A stretch of DNA of 64,000 bases, counting the filler, from Jimgerdemannia flammicorona (Eukaryota), in the NCBI GenBank assembly GCA_003990765.1. It is 3 parts of 3 records of this genome, joined end to end, with 100 filler letters (N's around TTAATTAATTAA, not from the genome) between each part and the next. Parts side by side here need not be neighbours in the genome. Positions count along the whole stretch, not along the records: positions 21,627 to 43,144 come from RBNJ01001435.1; 2 more parts are not named here. The stretch is one strand, 5' to 3'. This document shows positions 25,279 to 38,400 of this stretch, piece by piece. The notes beneath the pieces were generated by a model. The model did no database searches and was not told the DNA's origin. It saw only the letters and a program-made list of their open reading frames with translations. Within the stretch, counting starts at the first letter, position 1. Every line of letters begins with the position of its first letter. A program made the position numbers and the translations under genes.

Positions 25279-28200
25279 CAGAACTAGTCTCTCATCTTTC
25301 TCCAGTAACATTCAGGTTACACAATCTTTTGGCAACACTTTCGACATAGTTTCTGGTGACAAGCTACTAGTATCATGACAACCAACAAGCATCCTGGGGT
25401 GCATACTAGGCAGAGTGGCCCTAGAGCATTTGAATGGTAGCAAGTAGGGAGAGACCTGGGCTTGGGGGGAAGTATGAGGGGTCTGCTGGCGGGAGGACAT
25501 GGTGGAGGAGGGGGCAGAGCTGGAGGTCAAGGGTCTGGCAGAGTGAGCTTTGCAGAGAAGGTGAAGGGGAGTCAACAGGGAGCTGGACTGGAGAGCTGGC
25601 TGAGGGGGGGGAAGGTGCCAGTGAGGGCTACCAGACAGCAACCTCATGAGGGTACCTCTCTGGAGGGCCATAGAAGTGGAGCTGAGGGGGTAGCAGCTGA
25701 GGTGGGGACTGCTGATAGGGGTGTGATGGGTGATCTGGAAAAAAATCTAGATGGGACTATTGATGGTGAGCCAAGCAGTGGGATGGGCGTGAGGCCTGGG
25801 GACCTGACAGATGGTGTAATGGGACTGGCAGTGGCTCTGTTACTCAAGAAGTCGATCTTGGAATTTGTAGTCACAATGTATTTCTGGGGCTTAGCAGTGA
25901 TGGCAAAAATGGTTCTGGGGCTAATTGCAAAGCAGATGAATGGGGCAGTATCTGTTAAGTTCCTGAAGGGTCTGAAAGGGGTGGAGGTGGGATTTGAGGA
26001 GGCTGGGCCACTGGAGGAGGCTTTGAAGGCTGGGATGAAAGTTGGCAAGGTATGCATACTGATGGTAAGATGCCTGTGGTGAGACCCAAGAGTAGTACAG
26101 CTTCTGGTGAAGGGAGTTCCCACTGTTACTGCTGTAGAGACGAGGAAGAGAGTTGAGGAGATTATGGCAGAGTATGGGAAGGTAGTTGATATTGGGTTCA
26201 GAGTGTGAGAAGGGACCTCCCTCTAGACAGGAGATGTTGATGTCAGGATTCGGCTGGCTGGGCAGGAGGCTACTGAGAAGGCTTGGGACTGGCCCTCGGT
26301 GATGGTGTGGGGGGCCATCTTGTGTAAGGTGATGAGAGTAAAGGGGAGCAAGGAGTAGGAGAAGAATTTGCTGGAAGTACTGGAGGAGTTGAGTAGGGCA
26401 GTTGAGAGGAGGGCAAAAGCATGGAAGACATTCGAAGCAGCGACACATCTTGAGGTGGTCAGAGGAAGGCGAGTCTGCATCAACAAGGAGGTATGGGAGA
26501 GGTCCCAAGGGCGCAGAAGGCAGAGGGAATTGTTGGCGAAAATGGGGGCAGAGGTGATGAGGAAGGCAAGCGATAGTGCAACTGCTGGAGGTGCTGAGGT
26601 GAGTGTCTAGGCTGCTAGTAGTGGATGGAATGAGGAGGGGGGGCAGGTGGAGGCCATGAAGATGCCAAGCAAGAATCTATACAAAGATGGCACACTGGAG
26701 GTTTGGGAGAAAACCTGAGAGGATTCACCTTCACCCTCTCCTCTTATCAGAAGGGGTCCAGTGGTGAAAGGTAGAGTGATGGAGGATGTGCCAATGCATG
26801 GTGCTCAGCAGGTGCACTTTAGAGTTCCAAATGTTGAGAAGGGGGGATTGGTAGAGGCGACTGGGGAAGAGGAATTAGTGGATGTCCTGGAGGAGAGATG
26901 GAATGAGTCAGCGAGTGTGGGGGCTGATACTACGATGTTGGATGGAGAGAGGCCAGCGACCCCAGGAGGGAAGGAGGTGGGAAACTTGCTCTGGGTATGC
27001 TGGATGATGAACAACTTGGCAGCAGAAGAGCTGAGGGAAGTCAACCTCTGAGTGATGAGTGATGAGCATTGGGTAAGGATCCTGCAAGGAGATGGAGTGG
27101 TGGCAGTATTGAAGGTAGAAATTCTGGCGGTATACTTAGAGGAGGAGGGGTATGAAGTAGATAAGGAGAGGGAAGCTGCTCTGGCAGTTGTAGCAGGTGA
27201 GCAGGCTGCCCACTGTTGGACTAAGATGCATGGGATGCAGCTCTGGCAGGAGGCTTGTTTGGAGTACTGCAAGGAGTTTGAGGAAAAGGAGGATGGGGAG
27301 ATGGCAGAAATCCTGACTGAATTGGAGGCTAAGAGGACCAAGGAAGCAGAAGCTATTGCTGAGTGCAACCTGGATAGAGTACAGGAGGAAGTGGACATGG
27401 AGCAGTAGAGGATATATCTGAAACTATATAATTTCTCTTATGAATAGTACAACTAACATTTTTTCTTTGAACATGAATGAGTTATGTGGTGCTTATCAAC
27501 ATAAGAACATTTTTACTTAGCTGAAGGGATTGGAGGCTGATCTCTTCCTCTTGCAGGATGTCAGGTGTAAGGATGACTTAGATAGGCTGGTTTGGATGAA
27601 GGAGTGGGGAGGTGAGGCAGTTTGGAAGGGCAAGGTTGGAATTCTGGTATGGAAGGGCAGAGGGGAGATATAGGATTTGCAAAGCTGGGAGGATAGATTG
27701 GTCTGGGGAGAGTAGATATGTGCAGGTTAGGAGCTAGTCATGGTGGGCCCCTGTTACTGCTCTGCAGTATGGGGTGAGCGGGTGAATTGGGTGACAGGCC
27801 TATAGGAGAGTGGGATTCTTGTAGAGGTTGGGGTAGATGTGCTTGGTGGGGACTTCAATATGGTCCAAGACATATTGAGGGATAGAACTAATGGGGGACG
27901 AGGTGCTGTGGGGCAGAGTGGAGGACTGGTGGCATGGGAGGAAGTGGAAAGACTTAGTGCTCTGGTGGATGTGAGTAGGGAATGTTGGGGGAATAGGAGG
28001 GTGTACATGCACTGGGCCGGGGGCCTGGGGATGAGGATTGATTGGATTCTGACAGCCAGCTGCTGGGGCCTGGATGTGTGGAAGTCGCTGGAGGTGGAAT
28101 AGTGTCCTTGGTCAGATCATTGGGGGCTTTTGGGGCAGGGACATTTTGGGGGGAGTGGGGATGGACCTGGACATTGGCATCTCAATTCCTCCCTACTAGA

Positions 28201-31175
28201 TGATACGATCCAGTTGGTAAATGGGTCGAAGTCATTCAAATATAGGTGGAGTGTTGGAGGCAGGGAGGTGTTGCAGTTGATACTCAGTAGAGGAGGTTGA
28301 AGGAGATGGCCAGGGCCTTCTGGAGTGAGGCTGGTATGGAGGTGGGGAGACAGAGGAGGCGGTGGGTGCAGTGGGCATTGTGTAGATTATCTAGACTCTT
28401 GGAGGACTGGGCAAGACTGGCGACATTGGAGGGAGAGGGGGACTGGTATTTGGTAAGGTTACAAATAGAGGTGGCTGAACTACAACAGGTGCTGCAGAAT
28501 GAGGAAGAGGCAAGGGTCCAGGGTCTGGCAGCACAGCTTCATTGGCAGGGGCTGGAGGAAGGAGAGTAGCCCTTGAAGTTTCTTACAAGGGCCCTTCAGG
28601 CGAGAAGGGTGCAGCAAAGGTGGGAGGGGGTGCTTAATGCTGATGGATCATTGGTGCATGGGGTCAAGACATTCTTGGATTGTTAAAGGAGCATTGGAGT
28701 GGATTGTGGAGTGAGGAGGAGGGTTGGGCAGGTGCGGAGGACATTGATCAAGCTTTGGAGAATTGGTACCCTACCCGAGCAGCTGGGTTGGATGACTTAG
28801 TACTGCCAGTGCTAGAGGAGGAGATCCATCTGGTTCTTGCCATGACAACCTTGGGTACGGCACCAGGAGAGGATGGTCTGCCCTGGGACTTCTGGAAAAG
28901 GATGGTGGGGGTCTCTGGAATAGTGGGAGAGATAATAGCACTGTATAATTAGATTCTACAGATGGGGAGATGGGTGGGAGAACAGGACCTAGGGTTGGTG
29001 ACATTGCTTTATAAGAACAAAGGAAGCCGAGAGGACTGGAAGAACTGGAGGCCAATTATACTACTGGATATGGACAGAAAGTTGGTTACCAAAGTGGTGG
29101 TCGCAAGGCTGCAAAAGATGGTCCAGCAAGTCTTGGGTGAGGAGCAGTGGGGCTTTGTTGGAGGCTGGCTCATCAGGGATGGAACAGCATGGGTATATGG
29201 CATTATTGAAGGGGCATGAGCCAGTGGTCTAGATGGGCATCTGGTCTTTTTGGACCAGGAGAAGGCCTATGACTGAGTGTGATGGGTCTGGTTGGCAAAA
29301 GTTTTGGACAGGATTGGAGTCCTGTGACAGTTCAGGACTGCCATGGTCAGCCTACTGGAAGGGAGTAGGGCAGCACTCATGTGTAATGGACATAGAGGGG
29401 TAGCATTTCTCCTGGTTAGGGGGGTGCCTCAGGGGGACCCACTGTCTCCCATTTTGTATACTTTATCTCTGGAGCCCTTCATGGACAGAATCAGGTGGAA
29501 GATAGTGGGGCTCTCTGTCTTTGGCATTGGGTAGAAAGTAGGGGCATTTGCAGATGACATGGTGGTCAGTCTGGGATCAGTTGCGGATGTTGAGGAGCTC
29601 AAGGAGACAGTGGAGTGGTATGAGGTGAACTCTGGGGCTAGGCTTAATTGGCATAAGTGCAAAACAATGGTGTTAGGCAATGGTCTAGTAGGCAGGGAGA
29701 TTATTGGTAATTGTCCCTGCTGGCAAGGCAGTATGGTATTTGGGTATCTATCTGTCAGTATATGGGTCAGTTCTGCCCAGACTGTGGTGGGAGCAGCAGG
29801 TTGGCATTTGGGAGGAGGCCCTGCAGAGCTGGGGTGGCTGTCAATTGTCTCTGGCAGGATGCATTTCAATTCTGAATGTCTATTGGCTGCCGAAGGTGTG
29901 GTATCTGGCTTATCATCTGGACATCCCAGCTTGGGTGGTGAAGCAATTGATGAAGCTGGCCAAGGGGTAGATCTGGGGTGAAAGGTGGAGTCAGATCAAC
30001 TGGGAGGTCTTGTCTTTACCAGTGGCAAGTGGGGGACTTAGGCTGGTCGACTTTCCTAAGAGGCAGCACTGCTTGAGAGCTTGGTGGCTGAAGAGAGCAG
30101 TGGAGTTGAGAGGGGGTGGTTGGGTTCCCCTAGTGCAGAAAGTCTGAGAGATGAGGTCCTCTCTGAGAGGTTCGACGGGTGATCTCCTAGTGCTTGTGGG
30201 CCTTCAGAACTCTGGACAATTATGGTACAAGGGCTACTGGTGGGGAGTGGCAGAGGGGGCTCACCGCATTGGGATTAGGTGACAGAGAAATAAAGGGGAG
30301 GAGGCTTGGGACCCAGCAAAGTGGCGATGGGACTAACTGTTACTAGGTGGCATTTCCTTACTTGGGTTTGACATTAGTGATGGGATCGAATGCCAACAGA
30401 GACCAGGCCAGGATCTGTGGCCTAGCAGTTGGCAGGGTATAGGAATAGGTGAGGAGTAGGACTGGTATAGTATATGGGCCTGGAGTGCCAAGGTGAGGGG
30501 TAGTTGCTGCTGAAGTACTGGGTGGTCAGGTGGCGTGTGCTGAGGCAAAATGTCATGCTCAACTTCTGCTCTGGTCACCTTATCGAGGGAGGCTGCTTTG
30601 ACTGTGAAGAGTGTTATAATGTAGGGCAGGAAGGGGGATATGTACAGATGCCTGAACATTGGCTAGGGGAGTGTGAGGTACTTAGTACCTTTTGGCAGAA
30701 CATTGGGGATCATCTGGGAGTAGTGTGCAGGAGAGCTGATGTGTGGGGGCATTGGGAGGATTTAAGGAGTAGACTGGAGGGGGGGGTGGGGAAGGAATGG
30801 CTGACATTAGGGTGGGCTTTGGCCATTTGGGTGGGGCTGGCCAGTCACTGGCTATTTGTTTTTGAGGATGGGAGGAAACTTGGCTCCGAGGTCAGGCTGA
30901 TGAGGTAGTGTAGCCTTATGGAAGACACCTTGATGGGCTGATGGATGGGTTGGGGGTTAAAGGGGGGTCGAAGGCATTATTTGATAGAACAAATCTATAG
31001 GCAGAGTGGAGGGAGGGTTGGGGTAGTGGGTGCGAAAGTTGGCTTTGTTCGTATAAGTAGGAGGAGTGGTACTCCTATGGGAATTGGGTAGTGTGAGGGG
31101 ATACTGTAAAAGTATTAATAGATGGGTAATAAATGGCAGAGTCCACGTAACTATAAAAAAAAAAAAAAAAAAAAA
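25279..31175 (+). mobile_element. LINE copy A, full length (~5.9 kb), L1/Tx1-like, inactivated
   Basis: APE endonuclease motifs LGGDFN and SDH, RT motifs KNWRPI, GVPQGDPLSP and AFADD, and a poly(A) tail at 31155-31175. A perfect 16-bp TSD agaggacaggagacag lies at 25263-25278 and 31176-31191. Confidence 0.92.
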
Positions 31176-31792
31176 AGAGGACAGGAGACAGAGAGGATGA
31201 GCTTTATAGACAAGGTAAAGAGAGGTCAACCAATGATGACAACTGGGCTAGAGGTCTGGCTGAGGAAGAGTAAGAAGACAGTGAGGGCTATAGGTTCTGA
31301 GGAAGTAGCCCATAATGGCAAGGAAAGTAGAGCTGAGTGAGTAGTGATAGGAGAGAGTGGAACTACTGATGGTGTGGGGACTCCCAATCTGGAAAAAATC
31401 CAGATATGACAGTTAATAATAGATCTGGGCAGGGGGTGGGCATAAGACCCAAGGACCTGACAAATGATATAATGAGACTAGTGGTAGCACCATTACTCAA
31501 GAAATCAAGGTCTGAAATTGCCATTACATTGTGCTTCTGAGGTTTAGCCATTATAACAAGAATTATTCTGGGGCTTCTGGCTCAGAAGGAGAAGAGGGCT
31601 ACTTTAGTAAAGTTTTTAAAGGGATAGGAAGAGGTAGAGATCAGATTCAAGCAAGAAGAGGTGCTATTGGAGGTAATGAAGAAGGAAGTTGTAGTGGGGG
31701 GGGGTAGCAATCTCCATGGTACAGTGCTTGTGCTGGGACTCTTAAGTAGTATAGTTGACATTACTGAATATACTAAGTGTATTAAAGGAAAT

Positions 31793-31912
31793 GGCCAGGG
31801 AGTTTCTTTTAGAGATCATTAAGGAGTATAGAGGCCAGGGAGTTTATTATAGAGATCATTAATAAGTATAGAGGCCAGGGAGTTTATTATAGAGATCATT
31901 AAGGAGTATAGA
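31793..31912 (+). repeat. 40-bp tandem triplication inside LINE B ORF1
   Basis: ggccagggagttt..tagagatcattaa..agtataga occurs three times. Confidence 0.8.
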
Positions 31913-34900
31913 GAGATCATAGATATTGAGTTTAGGGTCTGGGAGAGTACCAAATTCAGGACTGGAGATGTGGACATCAGGGTGTAGCTGGCAGGTAAGG
32001 AGAATATGAGGAAGGCAAGAGACTGACTGGCAGTTCTAAAGTGGGGCCCTGTGAAATATAAGGTCTTATAAATGAAGGAGATGCTGAAAGAAGAAGAGAA
32101 CTTGCTGGAGATATAAGAGAACCTTGCTGGAGCTATTGAGAGGAAGAGATTAGTCTGAAAGTTATATAAGGCCAAGACAGTTGTGGAGATTGTCAATGGC
32201 AAGAGAGTGTGGCTAGATCAGACAGTCTGGGAGTGAGCACAGAGAAGGCAGATTCGGAAGAAGTTGTTGGTGAAGTTGAAAGGGGGGACAGTAGGGGCAG
32301 CTATAGTTAAAGATACTGGTTTGAGAGTAAGTATCTGGGTAGAGGAGAAGGGGGTAACTCTGGAGGTACTCCAGGGAGCAGAAGGTAGCTCTAGATTGAG
32401 TGTGGTTGTGGAAGATATAGAGATGGTCAAGGGGGAGCACTCTCAATATAGAGTGCTGAGTGGGGCTACTGGTGTAAAGGAACTGTAAGATGTACTGGAG
32501 GAGGATTGGGATAAGTCAGTGAGATGGAATACTGAGAGAGGGCAGGCCAAGCAGGTGAAAAGGGTGCCTAAGAGAGTTGAGAAGGCTGTGGACAAAGTGA
32601 AGTAGCTGTAGAAAATACTAAAGAATATAGTAGTAGAGAAGCTGGGTGGGGAGGACTTTCAGATACTAAGTGAGAGGTACTGTGGTAAAATCCTATATTG
32701 TGAGAAGGTGCTGAGGAAAATCTGTGATGAGATAATAATAGCACTACTGGAGGCTGAGACCTATCAAGTAAATGATGACAGGGAGACAGTGCTTAGAGTG
32801 ATTGCAAATGAACACATAGCTTATATGTGGGGTCTGAGAAAGGGGCTGAAAATATGACAGATAGTGTGTAAGGAGTACTGGTTGGAGATAGAGACTGTGG
32901 ATAGGGTGGACTGTCAGGAGATCTTGGTGATACTGGATGCTCAGCAGAGAGAGCCAGACAAGATTATGACAGAGAGAAATTGGGTCTTACAGATGATGTG
33001 ATGAGTATGGAATTATAGAGTAGATTTAATATAAATAGTATAATAGAATATTCTTTTTAAATATTAATAGACTGAGGGGTGTAATGAGAAGACAGAATAT
33101 CTTTAGCTAGTTGAAGGGGCTAGATGTAGATCTTTTCTTACTATAGGATGTGGGTTATAATATAGACTTAGACTTACTGGACTAAATGAGGTAATGGGGC
33201 AATACAGTGGTATAGCAGAGTTAGGTGAGCTTTCTGGTCAAGAAGAGAGTAGAGGATATTAGGGACATTGAACATTGGGGGAGCTAACTAGTGTAGGGAG
33301 CTAGGTGGGAGTCCTCTAACTGTAGAATCATGCTATTGTCTAGCAGAAAGAGGAGAGCAAGTGGATTGGGTCTGGAGTTTGTGAGGGACTAGTGTTCTGG
33401 TAGATATAGGGATTGACTGTCTGGGGAGTGACATTAATATGATATGTGATAGTAGAATAGATAGGACTAATAAAGAGAGGGGCATAGCAGGCAGGAGTAG
33501 AGAGATGGAGGACTGGAAGGAGATTGAGAGACTGAGTTCTTTGGTAGATGCTAGATATCTGGAGTGGGCAGATCATAGAGTCTATACTCACTGGATGACT
33601 GAACTGGAATTCCAGATAGACTGAGTATTGACAGCTGAGTGCTGAGGTATAGATGTCTGGAATTGAGATAGTCTAGTGCTTTTGGTAAGACCACTGAGGT
33701 TTGCTAGACAGAAGGAGGTTTGGGGGTAGTGGAGAGGACTGGGACATTAGTACCTGAATACTACATTACTGGGAGATAGTGTCTTGTGGGGAGAATGGGG
33801 GATAGATATTAGTACTAAGGTTGTTGGCTGGAGAACACAGGGGTTGGAGATTGGGAATCATTATTAGTAGTTGAGATCTGATACTCAGCAGTATTGAGGT
33901 GAAGCTGGGAGAAAGAGAGGGGCCCAGTAGAGGCAGCATATTAGATGAGCTTCACAGAGACTAGTGAACCTACTGGAGAGGTGGGCTGGATCATTAGAGG
34001 ACTGTAGAGTAGAGAACTAGAGAATTTAGAGGATCTAGTAGGAGATAGAAGAACTGAAGGAGCTGCTTAGACAGGAGGAGGAATTGTAGGTGAAAGGGCT
34101 GGTAGTTTGGCTGAGATGGCAGAGTATGGAGGAGGGGGAGCAGTCTATTAAATTTCTGTCAAAGCTGATATAGGTGAGGAGGACAAGGCAGTAGTGGGAA
34201 GGAGTATTGGATGAGGTAGGGGTTATAGCAACTGGGACATCAGAGATCTTGGACCAATTGTGGTCTTATTGAGAGTAGCTATAGAGTGTGGAGAAGTGGA
34301 GAGAAGATGTCCTAGATATTGAAAGATAGCTAGATGATTGGCACCCAGACTGGGTCTGGGCAAACTTAGAGCTCTGGTGAGTGTAGAGGAGATATGTTAG
34401 GTCTTAGTGATGATAAATATTGAGATGTCCCTTAGAGAGGATAGGTTGCTTTGGAATTTTTGGAAGAAGATAGCTGATATTGAGGTTGTGTTAGAGGAGA
34501 TGGTAGTGTGATGAGATCATCAGCTCAGAGTCCAGAATTAGAGGACAACACCTGGAGCTTATAGCTCTGCTGTATAAGAATAAGAGAAGAAGAGAGGATT
34601 AGAAGAACTGGAGGCTGATCATGTTTCTGGATATGGATCATAAGTTGGTGATAAAGATTTTAGTGATCAGACTACAAGAGGTTGCTCAGTAGATACTAGG
34701 GGCTAAGTAGAGGGGCTTTGTCAGAATTTGGTTAATTTGAGATAGAACAGCATGGGTCTATAGTATTATTGAGAGTACTTATATAGCTGGAGTTGACAGT
34801 CAACTAGTCTTTTTAGATCAAGAGAAGACATATGATAGGGTTTGATATATATGGCTAGAGGGAGTATTGAAGTAAAAAGGGGTTCTCCCAGAGTTCAGAA

Positions 34901-35440
34901 TATTATTAATTTGTCTATTAGAGAAGCGTCAGGTGGCTATTATGGTGAATGAGCACAGGAGAGAGTCCTTTACCCTAGATAGAGGAGTACTGTAAGAAGA
35001 TCCACTATCATCAATTCTCTATACCCTCTTATTAGAGCCCTTATTAGATAGGATTTGGTATAGAGTTGAGGGTTTGAATATTTTGGGAGTGAACTAGAAG
35101 GTTGGGGCCTTTGCTGATAATATAGTAGTCAGGCTGAGCTCTGTGGAGGATGTGATAGTACTGAAGAGTATTGTGAAATAGTATGAGAGGGGTTTGGGTA
35201 CTAGGCTCAATTGGTATAAATATGAGCCTCTGGCCCTAAGTAAAGGGATAGTTAGAGGCAATGTGATCAGAACAGTGGTCCCAGATATTGAAGCAGTCCA
35301 CTACTTATAGATTAATTTTTCAGTATATGGTTCCCTGTTGACTCATAGCTAGTAGAAGCAGTAGCTACTTGCTTGGGAAAATATTCTCTTGCAGTAGTGA
35401 GGCTAGTATATCTCTCTGACAGAGAGAGTGATAGTACTGA

Positions 35441-38400
35441 TATACCATCTTTCTCTAGTAACATTCAGGATATACAGATCTCAAGCAACTCTCAAGACAT
35501 CATTTTTGGAGAAAAGATATTAACAATATGGTGACTGATGAGTATTCTGAGGTTTATACTAGGCAGGGTGGCCTGAGTGTATTTAACTGGCAGTATGTTG
35601 GATAGAGCCATAGCTTGGGGGAAAGCATGAGGAGTTTGCTAGCAGGAGGACATAGAAGAAGAGGAGGCAATAGGAGTAGACAGGGGTCTAAGAGGATGAG
35701 CTTTGCTGATAAGATGAAGAGAGATAGATCAATAATGATGACTGGGCTGGAGGGCTGACTAAGAAAGGACAAGAAGACAGAGAGGGCTATAGGTTCTGAG
35801 AGAGCAGTCTAAAGAGGCAAGAGCAGCAGGGCTGGAGGAGTAGTGGCTAGGGAGAGTGGGACTATTGATGGAGGGGAAACTGCTAATCTAGAAAATAATT
35901 CAGATATAACAGTTAATGGGGGATCTGGACATAAGGTCCAGAGACCTGGCAGATGATATAATGGGGCTAGTAGTGACTCTACTACTTAAGAAATCAAGGT
36001 CCAAATATACTATCACATTGTGCTTCTGAGGCTTAGTGGTCATGGCAAGAATGATTCTGGGAATTCTGGCTCAAGAGGTGAAGGGGGTTGCCTTGGTGAA
36101 GTTTTTGAAGAAATAGAAAGGAGTAGAAGTCAGCTTTGAGTAGGAGGAGATAGTGTTAAAGATAATAGAGAAGAGAGTGATAGTGGGGGGAGGGTAGTGA
36201 TCTCTATGGTATGGTGCTTATACTTAGATTCTCAAGGGGTACAGTTGATGGTACTGGATATGCCAACCATATTAAAGGAGATGGCCAAGGGGTTGATTGT
36301 AAAGACTGTTAAGAAGTATAGAGAGATTATGAATATACAGCCCTTTCTCCACTACCTTACTGGTCACAAGATTTGGTAGGCAACCTTCTGAGTCCCCTTT
36401 CCCCTATTATTACCCCCTCTACCTCGGGTTGGTTTGCTGTGCCTGCAGGGGCATGGTGGGAGGAGGGCAATGGTGATGAGTTACCCCTTTATCAGTGTTG
36501 GATTGATGCTTCCTCCACTTTTTCGCAAATTCTGGTGCCTTCGGCTGCATCTGGAGTGTACCCATTTTGGTGCAGCGCCTTCTTCCTTTTGCCATCACCA
36601 ACAAGGTGTTGTCTCGGTGTGTCTTGGACTACGTAGGGAGTCAGCCGACCTTGGGCATCAAGTGCTGAGTGTAGGTTACCTGCAGGTTCTCAGTGTCTGT
36701 AGTGGGGCCCTCTGGCTTTGGCAAGCTTCCCAGCAGGCATGGTTCTGGCATAGGTAACTGCTTTTCAGGTGTTGTTGGGATGGGAGGGGAGATGACTGTC
36801 ACAGATAGGCGGAAGGGCGATAATGGTGAACCAGTAGGGTGCCAAGCTGGGGGTGGTCATCGGGGCTAGGGCAAGCGCTGCTTCGGTAGGGCCTTTTGAT
36901 TGGTGTGGCACAGTTAGATAGTAGGTGTCACTATCAGCTTCTTTTGGCGGTCAGCAGGGTTGGGCCCCAGTCATTAGGGGGGGGTCAGGAGGCCTGAGGC
37001 TACCCATTTCAGGCATCTTGACTGCACTCAACAGGAACCAGGAGCTGATATAGCAATGTGATCAAGGCCAACAGGCTTGAGTAGTGGGGTATTGGGGGTT
37101 TCCGCCCACCTCACATGTAAGTCCTTTACTCACCTCAACTGGGAGAACCAGGCCCTACCCACCATGTTGTGCTTTGATGAGGGTTTTTTATTTGCCTGTC
37201 ATTCTCTTTAGGGTGGCAGAGGCTATTCTATTCGGCTCAGGCATGGCCTTGTACATACGTTGGGTTCTCAGGTGTGCGCTTTCAGTTGTTGGTGTATGGT
37301 TGGGTTTCCCCTGGTGGTAGGGAGAGCATGGTGCACAGAATGAGGTGCAGGCATATCAGCCCTGCTGCACCTGGCATGGTCGAGCTGCTGGACAATAGCT
37401 AGCCTAGGTTAATAGGGGGGCAGTGCTTGGTGGGTGGTGGGGGAGGGTTTTGTCCTATATAGTCTAGGTTCCCTTCTAATAAAAATCCACGGGACATGAG
37501 TCCATTAAAAAAAAAAAAAAAAAAAAAAAAAGAGATTATGAATATAGATTTTAGGGTCTGGAAGAGCACTGAGTTCAGGACTGGAGATGTGGACATCAGG
37601 GTGTGGCTGGTGAATAAGAAGAATATAGGGAAGATAAGAGACAGGCTGGCAGTTCTAAAGTGGAATCCTGTAGATTACAAGATTTCATAGATGAAGAGAA
37701 TACTAGAAGAGGAAGAGGACTTGCTAGAGGCATTGGAGGACCTGGCTGGAACTGTGGAGAGGAGGAGATTGATCTGAAAGGAATATAAAATCAAGATAGT
37801 TGTATAGATTGTCAATGGCAAGAGAGTGTGGTGGGATCAGGCAACCTGAGAGCAGGTATACAGAAGGCAGATTCAAAAGAAGCTATTGGTAATAGTGAGA
37901 GAGGGGATGGTGGGGGAGACCACAGCTGAAGATGTGGGTTAACAAGCAAGTGCCTGGCCAGGAGAGAAGGGGGTGACTCTTGAGGCACTCCAGGGAGCAG
38001 AAGGTGGCTCTGAGTTGAGTATAGTTAGAGATAGTTGAAGGAGAGCACTCTCAGTATAGAGTACCAGTGGGGCTACTGGTGAGGAGAAACTACAGAATGT
38101 TCTGGAGAAGAATTGGGACAAGTCAGTGAGACAGAATACTGAGGGAGGGCAGGCAGAGGGGGTGAAGAGAGTGGTCAGGAGAGTTGAGAAGACTGTGAAT
38201 GAAGTAAAGTAGCTATAGGAAATACTAGAGAATGTGGCAGCAGAGGAGCTAGAGGGGGAGGACTTTTGGGTGCTAAGTAAGAGATATTGTAAAATCCTAT
38301 ATAGTAAGGAGATACCAAGAAAAATCTGCAATGAGATCATAGTAGCACTCCTATTAAGTAGATGATAACAGAGAGGCAGTGCTTAGAGCAATTGTGAATA

